Positions 46,782 through 55,747 of a DNA stretch of 64,000 nt are shown piece after piece (positions within the stretch are counted from its first letter, which is position 1; the number at the start of each line of letters is the position of its first letter). Under the pieces are notes generated by a model that saw only the letters and a program-made list of their open reading frames with translations, was not told the origin of the DNA and did not search any database. Where the stretch lies: assembly GCA_041740855.1 (NCBI GenBank), contig JBGSLF010000195.1:11384-75383 (forward strand), given 5' to 3'. The DNA comes from Gemmata sp. Its GTDB lineage: Bacteria > Planctomycetota > Planctomycetia > Gemmatales > Gemmataceae. Both the position numbers and the translations under genes were made by a program.

Positions 46782-47681
46782 ATGAGCTTCAATCGCCGTC
46801 AGTTCCTCGCTACCTCTGCATCCGTCGCACTCACAGGTGGCATTTGCCCCACGCCGGGCTTTGCGATCGATCCCATCAAGCGGCCAAGCGACAAGCCCGA
46901 TCTGAAACTGAGCCTCGCGGCTTACGGCTTCCGCCAGGCGTTAGACCTGAAGAAGCCAACGATGACGCTATTCGACTTCATCGACTACGCAGCGGAGTTA
47001 CCGCTCGATGCAGTCGAACTCACATCGTATTACTGGGCCGAAACGAGTGATGCGTATGCCGAAAAGCTCAAGGCTCATGCGGCCAAGAAGAAGCTCGCCA
47101 TCTCGGGCGTTCCCGTTCGCAGCGATTTCTGCCAGGCCGATGAACAGAAACGCAAAGCGGACATTCAGCATGTGAAAGACTGGATCGGGCGGGCCGCGAA
47201 AGTGGGAGCGCCCACCGTGCGCATCTTCGCCGGTGCGATTCCGAAAGGGGAAACCCTGGAGATTGCTCAAAAGCGTGTCGTGGCGGCGTTGGAAGAATTA
47301 TGCCCAATCGCCGAGAAAGCCGGCGTGTTCCTGGCCCTGGAAAACCACGGCGGCATCACCGACACGCCCGAGAACTTGCTCGCGTTGGTGAAGCCAGTGA
47401 AAAGCCCTGCGTTGGGTGTGAACATCGATATGGGCAACTTCCGCACCGCCGATCCATACGCCGACATCGCGAAGATCGCTCCGTACGGCGTTGTGGCACA
47501 AGTGAAGACGGAAGTTTCCCCCGGTGGCAAAACGCAACCCGCAGATCTGGCACGCGTGGTTCAGCTTCTCAAAGACGCCAACTTCCACGGATATGTGGCG
47601 TTAGAGTACGAAGCGAAGGAAGACCCGAAGATCGCCGTTCCGAAGGCCATCAAGGAATTGCGGAAGCTGATCAACGGGTAA
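46782..47681 (+). CDS. Tat-exported sugar phosphate isomerase/epimerase (xylose-isomerase-like TIM barrel)
   Basis: Twin-arginine leader MSFNRRQFLATSASVAL, a GGAGG RBS, and LALENHGG. Confidence 0.8.
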   Translation: MSFNRRQFLATSASVALTGGICPTPGFAIDPIKRPSDKPDLKLSLAAYGFRQALDLKKPTMTLFDFIDYAAELPLDAVELTSYYWAETSDAYAEKLKAHAAKKKLAISGVPVRSDFCQADEQKRKADIQHVKDWIGRAAKVGAPTVRIFAGAIPKGETLEIAQKRVVAALEELCPIAEKAGVFLALENHGGITDTPENLLALVKPVKSPALGVNIDMGNFRTADPYADIAKIAPYGVVAQVKTEVSPGGKTQPADLARVVQLLKDANFHGYVALEYEAKEDPKIAVPKAIKELRKLING

Positions 47682-47705
47682 TGCCCAAACGTGCCACTAT
47701 CTGGC

Positions 47706-48071
47706 TCAGTGGCGGAACCGGTGCCAGCCTCGCACCGGCACCGGTTGCACCATTGGGCCGACAAATACCGGCTCTGTGATTGTTATGCTGGGCGTCAGCG
47801 TCGCAGGAGCTTCGTGAATGATGATGATCGGTTCTGCAACCGGAGCCGCTTGCGGATAGATTCGCTTGCCACCGTTTCGCGGGTTGAACATCGAATGGGC
47901 ATACCCTGAAGTGCGGGAGGGGAATGGATCGATGCGGGGAACCAATGGCGAATAACCGAAGAGTTCACCCACGGGCGGTGGATGGCCCGCCCAGTCGGGC
48001 GGCTGTGCCGTCGCAACCGCTCCAGAGAGTGCGACCGCGATAACCGATACCCCAATCGTGATGCGGTTCAT
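47706..48071 (-). CDS. small secreted Pro-rich protein, 121 aa
   Basis: Start MNRITIGVSVIAVALSGAVATAQ (signal peptide). Confidence 0.5.
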   Translation of the reverse strand: MNRITIGVSVIAVALSGAVATAQPPDWAGHPPPVGELFGYSPLVPRIDPFPSRTSGYAHSMFNPRNGGKRIYPQAAPVAEPIIIIHEAPATLTPSITITEPVFVGPMVQPVPVRGWHRFRH

Positions 48072-48137
48072 GACCGAATTCCTTTCAAGATCACGCAACA
48101 TCCTGAACGAGATAACACCTCTTATCCCACCTCGCAC

Positions 48138-49520
48138 TCATCGACCCAGCCCCAGAGCTTCGAGCAGCATTTCCTTGACGGATGTCATCAATACCGTGCC
48201 GCCCGGGTTGGGGCCATGACCAACGAGAATAGGACGATCAATTGCGTCGGTTGCAGCGAGGCCATGACTTCCCCGCACAATCGCTGCATCCAACGGAACC
48301 ACGTCCATCGTCATGCGGAATCCGAGCTTCTTCTGAATCAACCGGCGGGCGGCGTGCGCTTTGGGTAACCAGAGTTTGGGATCGAAGAAGAGTTCGCAAG
48401 GATCGAAGCCCGGCTTGTGGTGAATCGCCACGGCACGCGCGTAATCCGGGGCGATGCGGTCGTCGAGCCAGAACGGATAGGCGAACCATGCGTCCGGCTC
48501 CGAAAGCAACACGACCTCGCCACTCCGTTCGTGATCCAGGTGAATCGCGGCCCGTTCTTCGCCCGCAAGCACCTGTGCGACGCCGGGCAAGCCCGTGAAC
48601 AGCGACTTCACTGCGGGAACATGTTCGGGATCTTTTACATAGATGTGTGCCAGTTGGTGATCGACCACCGCGAACGCTTGCGAACTGTACATGTCCAGTT
48701 GCTCGCCAAATGGGCCACGCCGCACCTCAAGGAGTTTTGCCTCCCGTAGCACTCGGTTCGGGTAGACTGGTCGCGACACATCGCAGTGGCCATATTCGCT
48801 CACCACCCACACTTGCGCACCGATCGCCTGAGCTGCATCGAGCAGCGGCGCACAGGCGTCGTCCAGTTCCTTCACGCACTTCGCCATGTCGCAGCCCTTC
48901 GGGCCAAACCGCTGCGGGTCGTAGTCCAGGTGCGGTAGATAGACCAGTGAAAGCGTGGGCCGCCGTGTGCGAACCACTTCGGCCGCTGCCGCCGCGATCC
49001 ACTTTGTGCTTTCCACGCCGGCCATTGGCCCCCAGAATTGTGGGAAGGGAAATGCGCCGAGCTTCTTTTCGAGATCGATCGAGAGTTGTTGCGGTTCGCC
49101 GGTGATGCCGAAGGCTTTGTTCCCGTTCACGGCGTAGTGCGGCTTCGGCGTCACCGAGATATCCACGGCGGCGCCCTGGTTGAACCACCAGAACATCTTG
49201 GCACTGGTGAACGGCTGCCCGCGTTCTTTGGCTCGCTGTCGCGCGGTGGCAGGCAAGGATTCCGCTTGCACGAGGCGATTGGACTGTTGCCAGAAGCGAA
49301 CTTCGTTGGTGTCGCGGAACAGCCACCCGTTCGCAACCACGCCGTGCGTGTTGGGCAACTCACCGGTGAGCAGCGTGGCCTGAGCCGTGCAAGTGACCGC
49401 CGGCAACACCTCGGGCATGTTCGCCATCCAACCGGAATTGGCGATTGCCTTGAGCCGCGGGGCGAGTTGGATAAGTCGGGGCGTGAGTCCGACCGCATTG
49501 ATGAGTACGATGGGTTGCAT
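48138..49520 (-). CDS. alkaline phosphatase superfamily protein (nucleotide pyrophosphatase/phosphodiesterase type)
   Basis: LPAVTCTAQATLLTG matches the NPP nucleophile-Thr block. Start MQPIVLINAVGL at 49520. Confidence 0.75.
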   Translation of the reverse strand: MQPIVLINAVGLTPRLIQLAPRLKAIANSGWMANMPEVLPAVTCTAQATLLTGELPNTHGVVANGWLFRDTNEVRFWQQSNRLVQAESLPATARQRAKERGQPFTSAKMFWWFNQGAAVDISVTPKPHYAVNGNKAFGITGEPQQLSIDLEKKLGAFPFPQFWGPMAGVESTKWIAAAAAEVVRTRRPTLSLVYLPHLDYDPQRFGPKGCDMAKCVKELDDACAPLLDAAQAIGAQVWVVSEYGHCDVSRPVYPNRVLREAKLLEVRRGPFGEQLDMYSSQAFAVVDHQLAHIYVKDPEHVPAVKSLFTGLPGVAQVLAGEERAAIHLDHERSGEVVLLSEPDAWFAYPFWLDDRIAPDYARAVAIHHKPGFDPCELFFDPKLWLPKAHAARRLIQKKLGFRMTMDVVPLDAAIVRGSHGLAATDAIDRPILVGHGPNPGGTVLMTSVKEMLLEALGLGR

Positions 49521-49606
49521 AAGAACACGGTATTCGCCAGGAGAGCAGGCGTCCCGGCCACTCTCCAAAGATGCGAACGAGCGGCCCGCGTTTCCAGGAG
49601 TTATGC

Positions 49607-50569
49607 ATGCAAACCCGCAAGCTCGGCAATTCCGATTTAGCCATCACGCCCATCGGTTTTGGGGCGTGGGCCATCGGCGGTGGCGGTTGGGCCTTCGGTT
49701 GGGGTTCGCAGGACGACGCCGATAGTATCGCAGCGATTCGCGAAGCGATCGATCTCGGCATCAACTGGATTGATACCGCTGCGGTCTATGGCCTCGGGCA
49801 CTCCGAAGAAGTCGTCGCGAAGGCGCTCGAAGGCGTGAAACAGCGGCCGTATGTGTTCACCAAATGCGAACGCATCTGGGACGATAACCGCCAGATTGGG
49901 AAGAGCCTGAAAGCGGAGAGCATTCGCCGTGAGTGCGAAGCGAGCTTGAAGCGACTGAAAGTGGATGTGATCGACTTATACCAGATTCACTGGCCCGAAC
50001 CGGATGAGGATATCGAAGAAGGCTGGCAAACTCTTCAACAACTCAAAGAACAAGGGAAGATCCGCTGGGCGGGCGTATCGAACTTTTCGGCCGAGCAGAT
50101 GGCGCGAATCGCGAAGTTCGGGCCAATCGCATCCTTGCAACCGCCGTACTCGATGATTCGCCCCGAGATTGAAGAAAGCATTCTGCCGTATTGCGAGGCG
50201 AACAATATCGGCGTGATTGCGTATTCCCCCATGGCATCGGGCTTACTCACCGGAGCGATGACACGCGAACGGATCGCCGCCATGCCGGACGACGATTGGC
50301 GAAAAGAAAAGAATAAGCACTACCAGGAACCACTCCTGACGCGCAACCTGAACCTGGTGGCGTTGCTGAAGCGAATAGGTGATCGGCATGCGAAGTCGCC
50401 CGGCGAGGTCGCAATTGCGTGGGTGTTGCGACACTCGGCTGTCACTGCGGCCATCGTGGGTGCTCGCAAACCCGGGCAACTCAAAGAGCTTATGGGTGCC
50501 GCCGACTGGCGATTATCGCCCGAAGAACGCAACGAGATCGCGACCTTCCTCAAATCCAATGTGGGGTAA
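49607..50569 (+). CDS. aldo/keto reductase
   Basis: MQTRKLGNSDLAITPIGFGAWAIGG, IDTAAVYGLGHSEE, LYQIHWP. Confidence 0.9.
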   Translation: MQTRKLGNSDLAITPIGFGAWAIGGGGWAFGWGSQDDADSIAAIREAIDLGINWIDTAAVYGLGHSEEVVAKALEGVKQRPYVFTKCERIWDDNRQIGKSLKAESIRRECEASLKRLKVDVIDLYQIHWPEPDEDIEEGWQTLQQLKEQGKIRWAGVSNFSAEQMARIAKFGPIASLQPPYSMIRPEIEESILPYCEANNIGVIAYSPMASGLLTGAMTRERIAAMPDDDWRKEKNKHYQEPLLTRNLNLVALLKRIGDRHAKSPGEVAIAWVLRHSAVTAAIVGARKPGQLKELMGAADWRLSPEERNEIATFLKSNVG

Positions 50570-52502
50570 TTCCGTGACGCATCGTTTCCTGCTCGCACTA
50601 GCTGCGGCGTTCCTTCTTGCCCCGCTGCCGGCGTTCTCACAGCCTGTGCCAAAGCAACCGCCCGCCAAGGCGGACTCGGCTGCCGAGATCCGCGACCACA
50701 TCAAGGCGAACTACACGAAGTACGAGTACATGATCCCGATGCGGGACGGAAAGAAGCTCTTCACCGCCGTGTATGTGCCCAAGGACGACACACAGACATA
50801 CCCATTCTTACTCATGCGTACGCCATACAGTTGCCAGCCATATGGCGTGGACAAATACCCCGACACACTGCGGCCGGGCGAGAAATACATGAAGGCGGGA
50901 TACATCTTCGTGTATCAAGACGTGCGCGGGCGTTGGGCCTCAGAAGGCGAGTTCGTGAATGTTCGCCCGCACAACCCCGCCAAGAAAGATAAGGAGATCG
51001 ACGAGAGCAGCGACACTTACGATACCGTTGCGTGGTTGCTGGACAACGTGAAGGGGCACAACGGCAAAGTGGGGCAATGGGGTATCTCGTATCCGGGGTT
51101 TTACACCGTCGCGGGCATGATTGGCGCTCACCCGGCGGTGAAAGCCGTTAGCCCACAAGCACCAGTCATGGACTGGTTCATCGGCGACGATTTCCACCAC
51201 AACGGTTGCTTGTTCTTGCCGCACTGCTTCAACTTCATGTACGCCTTCGGCAAACCTCGCCCGGAGCCGAGCAAGAAGTTCGGCCGCACGCCGTTCGACC
51301 ACGAAACGCCGGACGGCTACAAGTTCTTTCTCGAACTGGGGCCGATCAAGAACGCCGATGCGAAGCACTACAAGGGCGAGATCGCGTTCTGGAACGAAGT
51401 GATGTCGCACCCCAATTACGACGAGTTCTGGCAGGCCCGCAACATGCGGCAACATGTGAAGAACATCAAGCCGGCGGTGCTAACAGTCGGCGGATGGTTC
51501 GATGCGGAGAACCTGTTTGGTGCACTCGAAACATTCAAGAAGTGCGAGGCGAATAACCCGCCCGCGCACAACCATCTGGTGATGGGGCCATGGGTTCATG
51601 GCGGGTGGAGTCGCCCCGGCACCGGCGATAAACTCGGCGATGTGAGCTTCAACGCCAAGACGAGTGACTATTACCAGGAACACATCGAGTTCCCGTTCTT
51701 CGAGCATCACTTGAAAGGCAAAGGCGAGAACAAGGTGCCGAAGGCGTGGGTGTTCGAGACTGGCACCAACCGCTGGCGAAAGTTCGATGCGTGGCCGCCG
51801 AAGGGGGCGAAGGCGGTCGATTACACGTTCCAAGATGACGGTAAACTTCGCTGGGAGAACCTAGTCAATTTCTCGGTGGGGATTTTCGATCTGGAATACG
51901 ACGAATTCGTGTCCGACCCCGCGAAGCCGGTGCCAACCATGAATCGTATCGACATCGGCATGCCACAGGAGTACATGACCGCCGATCAGCGATTCGCCGC
52001 CACACGGCCGGACGTGCTCGTCTATCAGACGCCGGAGTTGAAGGAAGACGTAACGATCGCCGGACCAATCGAGGTGGAACTCTACGTGAGCACCACCGGC
52101 ACCGACGCCGATTGGGTGGTGAAGCTCATTGATGTATACCCCGACGACTTCCCCAATCCGGACCCGAACCCGACCGGCGTGAAGATGGGAGCATACCAAC
52201 AACTCGTTCGCGGCGAGCCGTTCCGCGGGAAGTATCGCAATTCGTTCGCGAAGCCGGAGCCGTTCAAACCAGGCGAAGTGGCGAAGGTGAAGTTCACGAT
52301 GCCGGACACGCTACACACGTTCCGCCCCGGGCATCGCATCATGGTGCAGGTGCAATCGACGTGGTTCCCTCTCGCCGATCGCAACCCGCAGAAGTTCTGC
52401 GATATCTACAAAGCGGACATCACGGACTTCCACAAGCAAACGCACCGCGTTCACCGCGACGCGAAGCATCCCTCGAAAGTGACTCTCAACGTGTTGAAGT
52501 GA
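50559..52502 (+). CDS. CocE/NonD family hydrolase (S15 X-Pro dipeptidyl-peptidase-like), secreted
   Basis: Signal peptide FLLALAAAFLLAPLPAFSQP and GISYPGFY (GxSYxG). The start is the ATG at 50559 (11-nt overlap with the AKR gene) or the GTG at 50574. Confidence 0.8.
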   Translation: MWGNSVTHRFLLALAAAFLLAPLPAFSQPVPKQPPAKADSAAEIRDHIKANYTKYEYMIPMRDGKKLFTAVYVPKDDTQTYPFLLMRTPYSCQPYGVDKYPDTLRPGEKYMKAGYIFVYQDVRGRWASEGEFVNVRPHNPAKKDKEIDESSDTYDTVAWLLDNVKGHNGKVGQWGISYPGFYTVAGMIGAHPAVKAVSPQAPVMDWFIGDDFHHNGCLFLPHCFNFMYAFGKPRPEPSKKFGRTPFDHETPDGYKFFLELGPIKNADAKHYKGEIAFWNEVMSHPNYDEFWQARNMRQHVKNIKPAVLTVGGWFDAENLFGALETFKKCEANNPPAHNHLVMGPWVHGGWSRPGTGDKLGDVSFNAKTSDYYQEHIEFPFFEHHLKGKGENKVPKAWVFETGTNRWRKFDAWPPKGAKAVDYTFQDDGKLRWENLVNFSVGIFDLEYDEFVSDPAKPVPTMNRIDIGMPQEYMTADQRFAATRPDVLVYQTPELKEDVTIAGPIEVELYVSTTGTDADWVVKLIDVYPDDFPNPDPNPTGVKMGAYQQLVRGEPFRGKYRNSFAKPEPFKPGEVAKVKFTMPDTLHTFRPGHRIMVQVQSTWFPLADRNPQKFCDIYKADITDFHKQTHRVHRDAKHPSKVTLNVLK

Positions 52503-52585
52503 CGCCGCCGGCCCAAGTGCGAGCCGAGTCCGCGCGACTTGAACCGACCGCTACAATACCGTTGTTTGCCCGGAAGGAGTCGTGT

Positions 52586-53500
52586 ATGTGCCGGTATAAG
52601 TGTTTGGCGTTGGTGGCGGCGATTCTCATTCCCGCCACATCACGAGCCGACGATGCCAGGCCTGACGCGGTGAAGATTGAGCAGGGCGTCACTTACGCGA
52701 CAGTTGGCGATGAGAAGCTGACGCTCGATCTCGCCATTCCCGCCGGAGATGGCCCCTTCCCATGCGTGGTGATGCTGCATGGCGGGGCGTGGCAAATGGG
52801 GAGTCGTGCGGAGTTCACCAGTGGCGGAAAGGACAAAGCCGGCAACCGCACGCCGGGTTGGATGGAGAAACTCGCTTCGGAAGGATACGTGGCGGCCGCG
52901 GTGAGCTACCGGCTCGCACCCAAGCACAAGTTCCCGGCCATGATCGAAGACGCACGCGCGGCCGTGCGATTCCTTCGCGCGAACGCCAAGAAATATAAGA
53001 TCGCGCCCGATCGCTTCGCGGCTCTCGGCACTTCAGCGGGTGGGCACCTCGCACTGCTCTGCGGTCTGTGCGATAAGTCGGCCGGATTTGATAAAGGCTC
53101 GAACACTGAAGTGAGCGGGAAGGTGCAGTGCGTTGTCGATTTCTTTGGCCCGACCGATCTTACCCTGCTAGCCGCTACACCCAAGATCGAAGAAGGCTAT
53201 CTTTTCCCGGTGTTCGGCAAGGAAGGGCGGACCGATCCCACGGTGTATAAAAACGCCTCGCCGGTGAATTACGTGAAAAAGGATGCACCCCCGATATTAA
53301 TTCTGCATGGCACCTTCGATCTGGTTGTGCCCATTAAGCATTCCGAGTTGTTGCGCAAAAATCTCACCGATGCGGGTGCAACTGTTGAGATGATATCGAT
53401 CTCTTTTGGGGGCCACGGCGGTTGGAGTGCTCGCGATTCGGAGAAAGCTGCGAAAGCTGTGCTTGAGTTTCTCGATAAACACTTGAAGGCGAAGAAATGA
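52586..53500 (+). CDS. alpha/beta hydrolase fold-3 esterase, secreted
   Basis: GGAAGGAG RBS at 52572-52579. Signal peptide, HGGAW oxyanion block and GTSAGGH nucleophile elbow. Confidence 0.85.
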   Translation: MCRYKCLALVAAILIPATSRADDARPDAVKIEQGVTYATVGDEKLTLDLAIPAGDGPFPCVVMLHGGAWQMGSRAEFTSGGKDKAGNRTPGWMEKLASEGYVAAAVSYRLAPKHKFPAMIEDARAAVRFLRANAKKYKIAPDRFAALGTSAGGHLALLCGLCDKSAGFDKGSNTEVSGKVQCVVDFFGPTDLTLLAATPKIEEGYLFPVFGKEGRTDPTVYKNASPVNYVKKDAPPILILHGTFDLVVPIKHSELLRKNLTDAGATVEMISISFGGHGGWSARDSEKAAKAVLEFLDKHLKAKK

Positions 53501-53764
53501 CCGGCTTCCTCCGTCGCGATGCCATTGATAACGCGGTTGTCGGGCGTGCTCGCTCGCTGGCCTTCGCCCTCATTTCACTTCTTTGTGTTGTTCCCATCTT
53601 CGCGCATGGTTGCCATCGCGGCGACCACGACGATGAACCTCTTTTTCAGCCGGTTGAGTATCGGATGATGGAAAGGGAACTGGCCGATAACGCAATTGGT
53701 GGCACGCAATCGGTTGCGGAATGATGAGCAACAACTTCTTGCGTGAGTAACTGACCCAACGACG

Positions 53765-54796
53765 TTAAAGCGAATCGCTTTCCGATGCAGGTTGCAGAGT
53801 GAACACGGCGACTTCTGGCCGAACGCCGAAACGGAATCTCCAGCCGAAGCCAACCCCGGTGTTCACATAGATGTGCCCGCCCTCGTACGAATAAAGCCCT
53901 GCCGCCCAGCGCTTGGCCTTCTTACCCAGCAGAACGCGCCCCATGCCGGGTAAGTCGATCTGCCCGCCGTGGGTGTGCCCACTCAGAATCAGATCGGCTC
54001 GCTGTTGGCCGAAAGATTCCAGCGATTGGGGATTGTGAGCCAACACCAGTCGTGGTGTTAGGGGGCACTCGCCACTCAGGGCTGCGTGCGGGTTGGAAAC
54101 GCCGCTCCACAAGTCGTCCACGCCGGCGACCACCAATGCTTCGCCGTTGCGTTCGAGCCGCACCGCACGATTGCGGAGCACGGTAACACCTTCTTGTGCA
54201 AGAGCCGCAGCGACAACGCGATCGATCCCGGGGTGCCGCTGCACGCCACGCACCGTGTGTACCGAGAAATCGTGGTTCCCAAGCACCGCGAACACGCCCA
54301 GCGGAGCGTTTAATCGGCGAAACAGCTTCGCCGCTGCGTGAATGTGGTGTGTCCCGCGATCGATGAAATCGCCGGTTAGTGCGATCACATCGGGCTTTTC
54401 CGCCATGGTACGATCCAGTGCGTCTTCGATGTAGCCCTTGGGAATGTGGTTGCCAAAGTGAAAGTCGGTCAGATGGGCGACGCGGACGCCACTAAATGCC
54501 GGCGACAGACCTCGGATACCGATCGGGATGCGATTCAACGCCAACCAAGTTGGTTCCACATGCCGCGCATAACCAACACGTGCCCAATTGCGGCCGAGAA
54601 ATCGAGCAACCTTGGCTTTCACAGTGGAACGGGGTTGCGGAAGGTGTGTGTGCGATTGGCTAAACGGCGGTTGCAAGTGAGCTCCCAATAGTTGGCCTGA
54701 TTCAACACAGCCGAAGCGTTGGAGTTGATGGGATGAAGAGAGGATTCGCCAAATCGCATTCCCCTCGGTCGGCCTCACTCGGAACCACTCCATCAC
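53765..54796 (-). CDS. metallophosphoesterase (calcineurin-like)
   Basis: HLTDFHFG, GDFID, GNHD and GHTHGG. The start codon is uncertain, because the N-terminal ~60 aa are atypical. Confidence 0.8.
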   Translation of the reverse strand: MMEWFRVRPTEGNAIWRILSSSHQLQRFGCVESGQLLGAHLQPPFSQSHTHLPQPRSTVKAKVARFLGRNWARVGYARHVEPTWLALNRIPIGIRGLSPAFSGVRVAHLTDFHFGNHIPKGYIEDALDRTMAEKPDVIALTGDFIDRGTHHIHAAAKLFRRLNAPLGVFAVLGNHDFSVHTVRGVQRHPGIDRVVAAALAQEGVTVLRNRAVRLERNGEALVVAGVDDLWSGVSNPHAALSGECPLTPRLVLAHNPQSLESFGQQRADLILSGHTHGGQIDLPGMGRVLLGKKAKRWAAGLYSYEGGHIYVNTGVGFGWRFRFGVRPEVAVFTLQPASESDSL

Positions 54797-54842
54797 TCTG
54801 TTTCCACATTACCCCAAACATCTGCTGTATCCAAACAATAAC

Positions 54843-54863
54843 GGGACGGGCTAAACCCGTCCC
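54843..54863 (-). terminator. intrinsic terminator downstream of the acidic gene
   Basis: gggacggg / cccgtccc with a 5-nt loop. On the minus strand it is followed by gttattgtttgg. Confidence 0.6.
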
Positions 54864-54894
54864 GCCTTGATGATTATCCCGCCTTGATGATTAT
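54861..54894. repeat. perfect 17-bp tandem duplication cccgccttgatgattat x2
   Basis: Read directly. The second copy contains the TAA stop (54891-54893) of the acidic gene, and the first copy overlaps the terminator stem. Confidence 0.9.
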
Positions 54895-55226
54895 TCGTCG
54901 GCTTCCTCTTCTTCTTCCTCGTCGTCATCATCATCATCATCATCGAGATCGTCGTCGAGATCATCATCGAGATCGTCGTCGAGATCATCATCGAGATCAT
55001 CGTCGAGGTCTTCGTCGTCGAGGTCTTCGTCGTCGAGGTCATCATCGTCATCGAGGTCATCGTCGTCGTCGTCGTCGTCGTCATCGTCATCGTCGTCGTC
55101 GTCGTCCTCCAAGTCTTCCTCTTCATCGATGGCAACAACTTCAGGCAGGATCGAGTGGACCATCCACGGTGACAATTCTTCGGCCGTGGAAAGTCCCGGT
55201 GGCACCAACAGGCAGCGACCGGACAT
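54891..55226 (-). CDS. extremely acidic poly-Asp/Glu protein, 111 aa
   Basis: After a 35-aa ordinary N-terminus, about 75 residues are almost only D, E and L (DDDLDDDLDDDL...). A terminator lies downstream on the same strand. The other frames of the repeat give poly-Thr or poly-His/Arg and have no such signals. Confidence 0.55.
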   Translation of the reverse strand: MSGRCLLVPPGLSTAEELSPWMVHSILPEVVAIDEEEDLEDDDDDDDDDDDDDDDDDLDDDDDLDDEDLDDEDLDDDLDDDLDDDLDDDLDDDLDDDDDDDDEEEEEEADE

Positions 55227-55747
55227 CAGGCATCCTCATGTACGTGTGAAGCGACCGGCAAACCCAAAGACCACACTGCTATCGGCGTCTGACGGTCTGG
55301 AATCGACTCAAGTCCGCAGAGGGTAGGCGAAGCAGACGTCCACCATCGGCGTAATTTGTACTTTTGTAACCACGCCCGTATCGGGTTCAGAGTCGTAAAC
55401 GAACTCTGCCTCGGGCGGTTTTAAGGTAGGTGATTCTTAGTAATCACGCCGGTGCTCGTCAAGTGATTGCGGCAACTTTTTCACTCATCTTAAACCATTG
55501 ATATTAAACACTTTGTGTCACGTCGTTTCGAATAAGCTTGAAATTCCGTCCATCCGTTCCTTGTGGAATACAAGAAACTTCACCTCTCGGCACCCCAACA
55601 AGACCTCACGGCGATCTTTTGCGACAAACCAGGCAACATCAGGACGGCAAAGGCGGTACTGGTTCCGTAGTATATGTTGGCCTGTTAGCATGCCAAACCA
55701 CGACAATCGAATCCGGAGGTTGAACCTCCCTCTCGCCAAGAAGTGCC

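Noticed and set aside
53497-53724. 75-aa ORF starting with an ATGA overlap on the esterase stop codon
   Set aside because: It has one hydrophobic segment but no motif or RBS, and conservation is unknown. Evidence is insufficient to call it a gene.
54851-55249. Alternative frames of the acidic repeat: poly-Thr/Met (minus) and poly-His/Arg (plus) ORFs
   Set aside because: These are by-products of the trinucleotide repeat. Only the Asp/Glu frame has an ordinary N-terminal segment together with a same-strand terminator.
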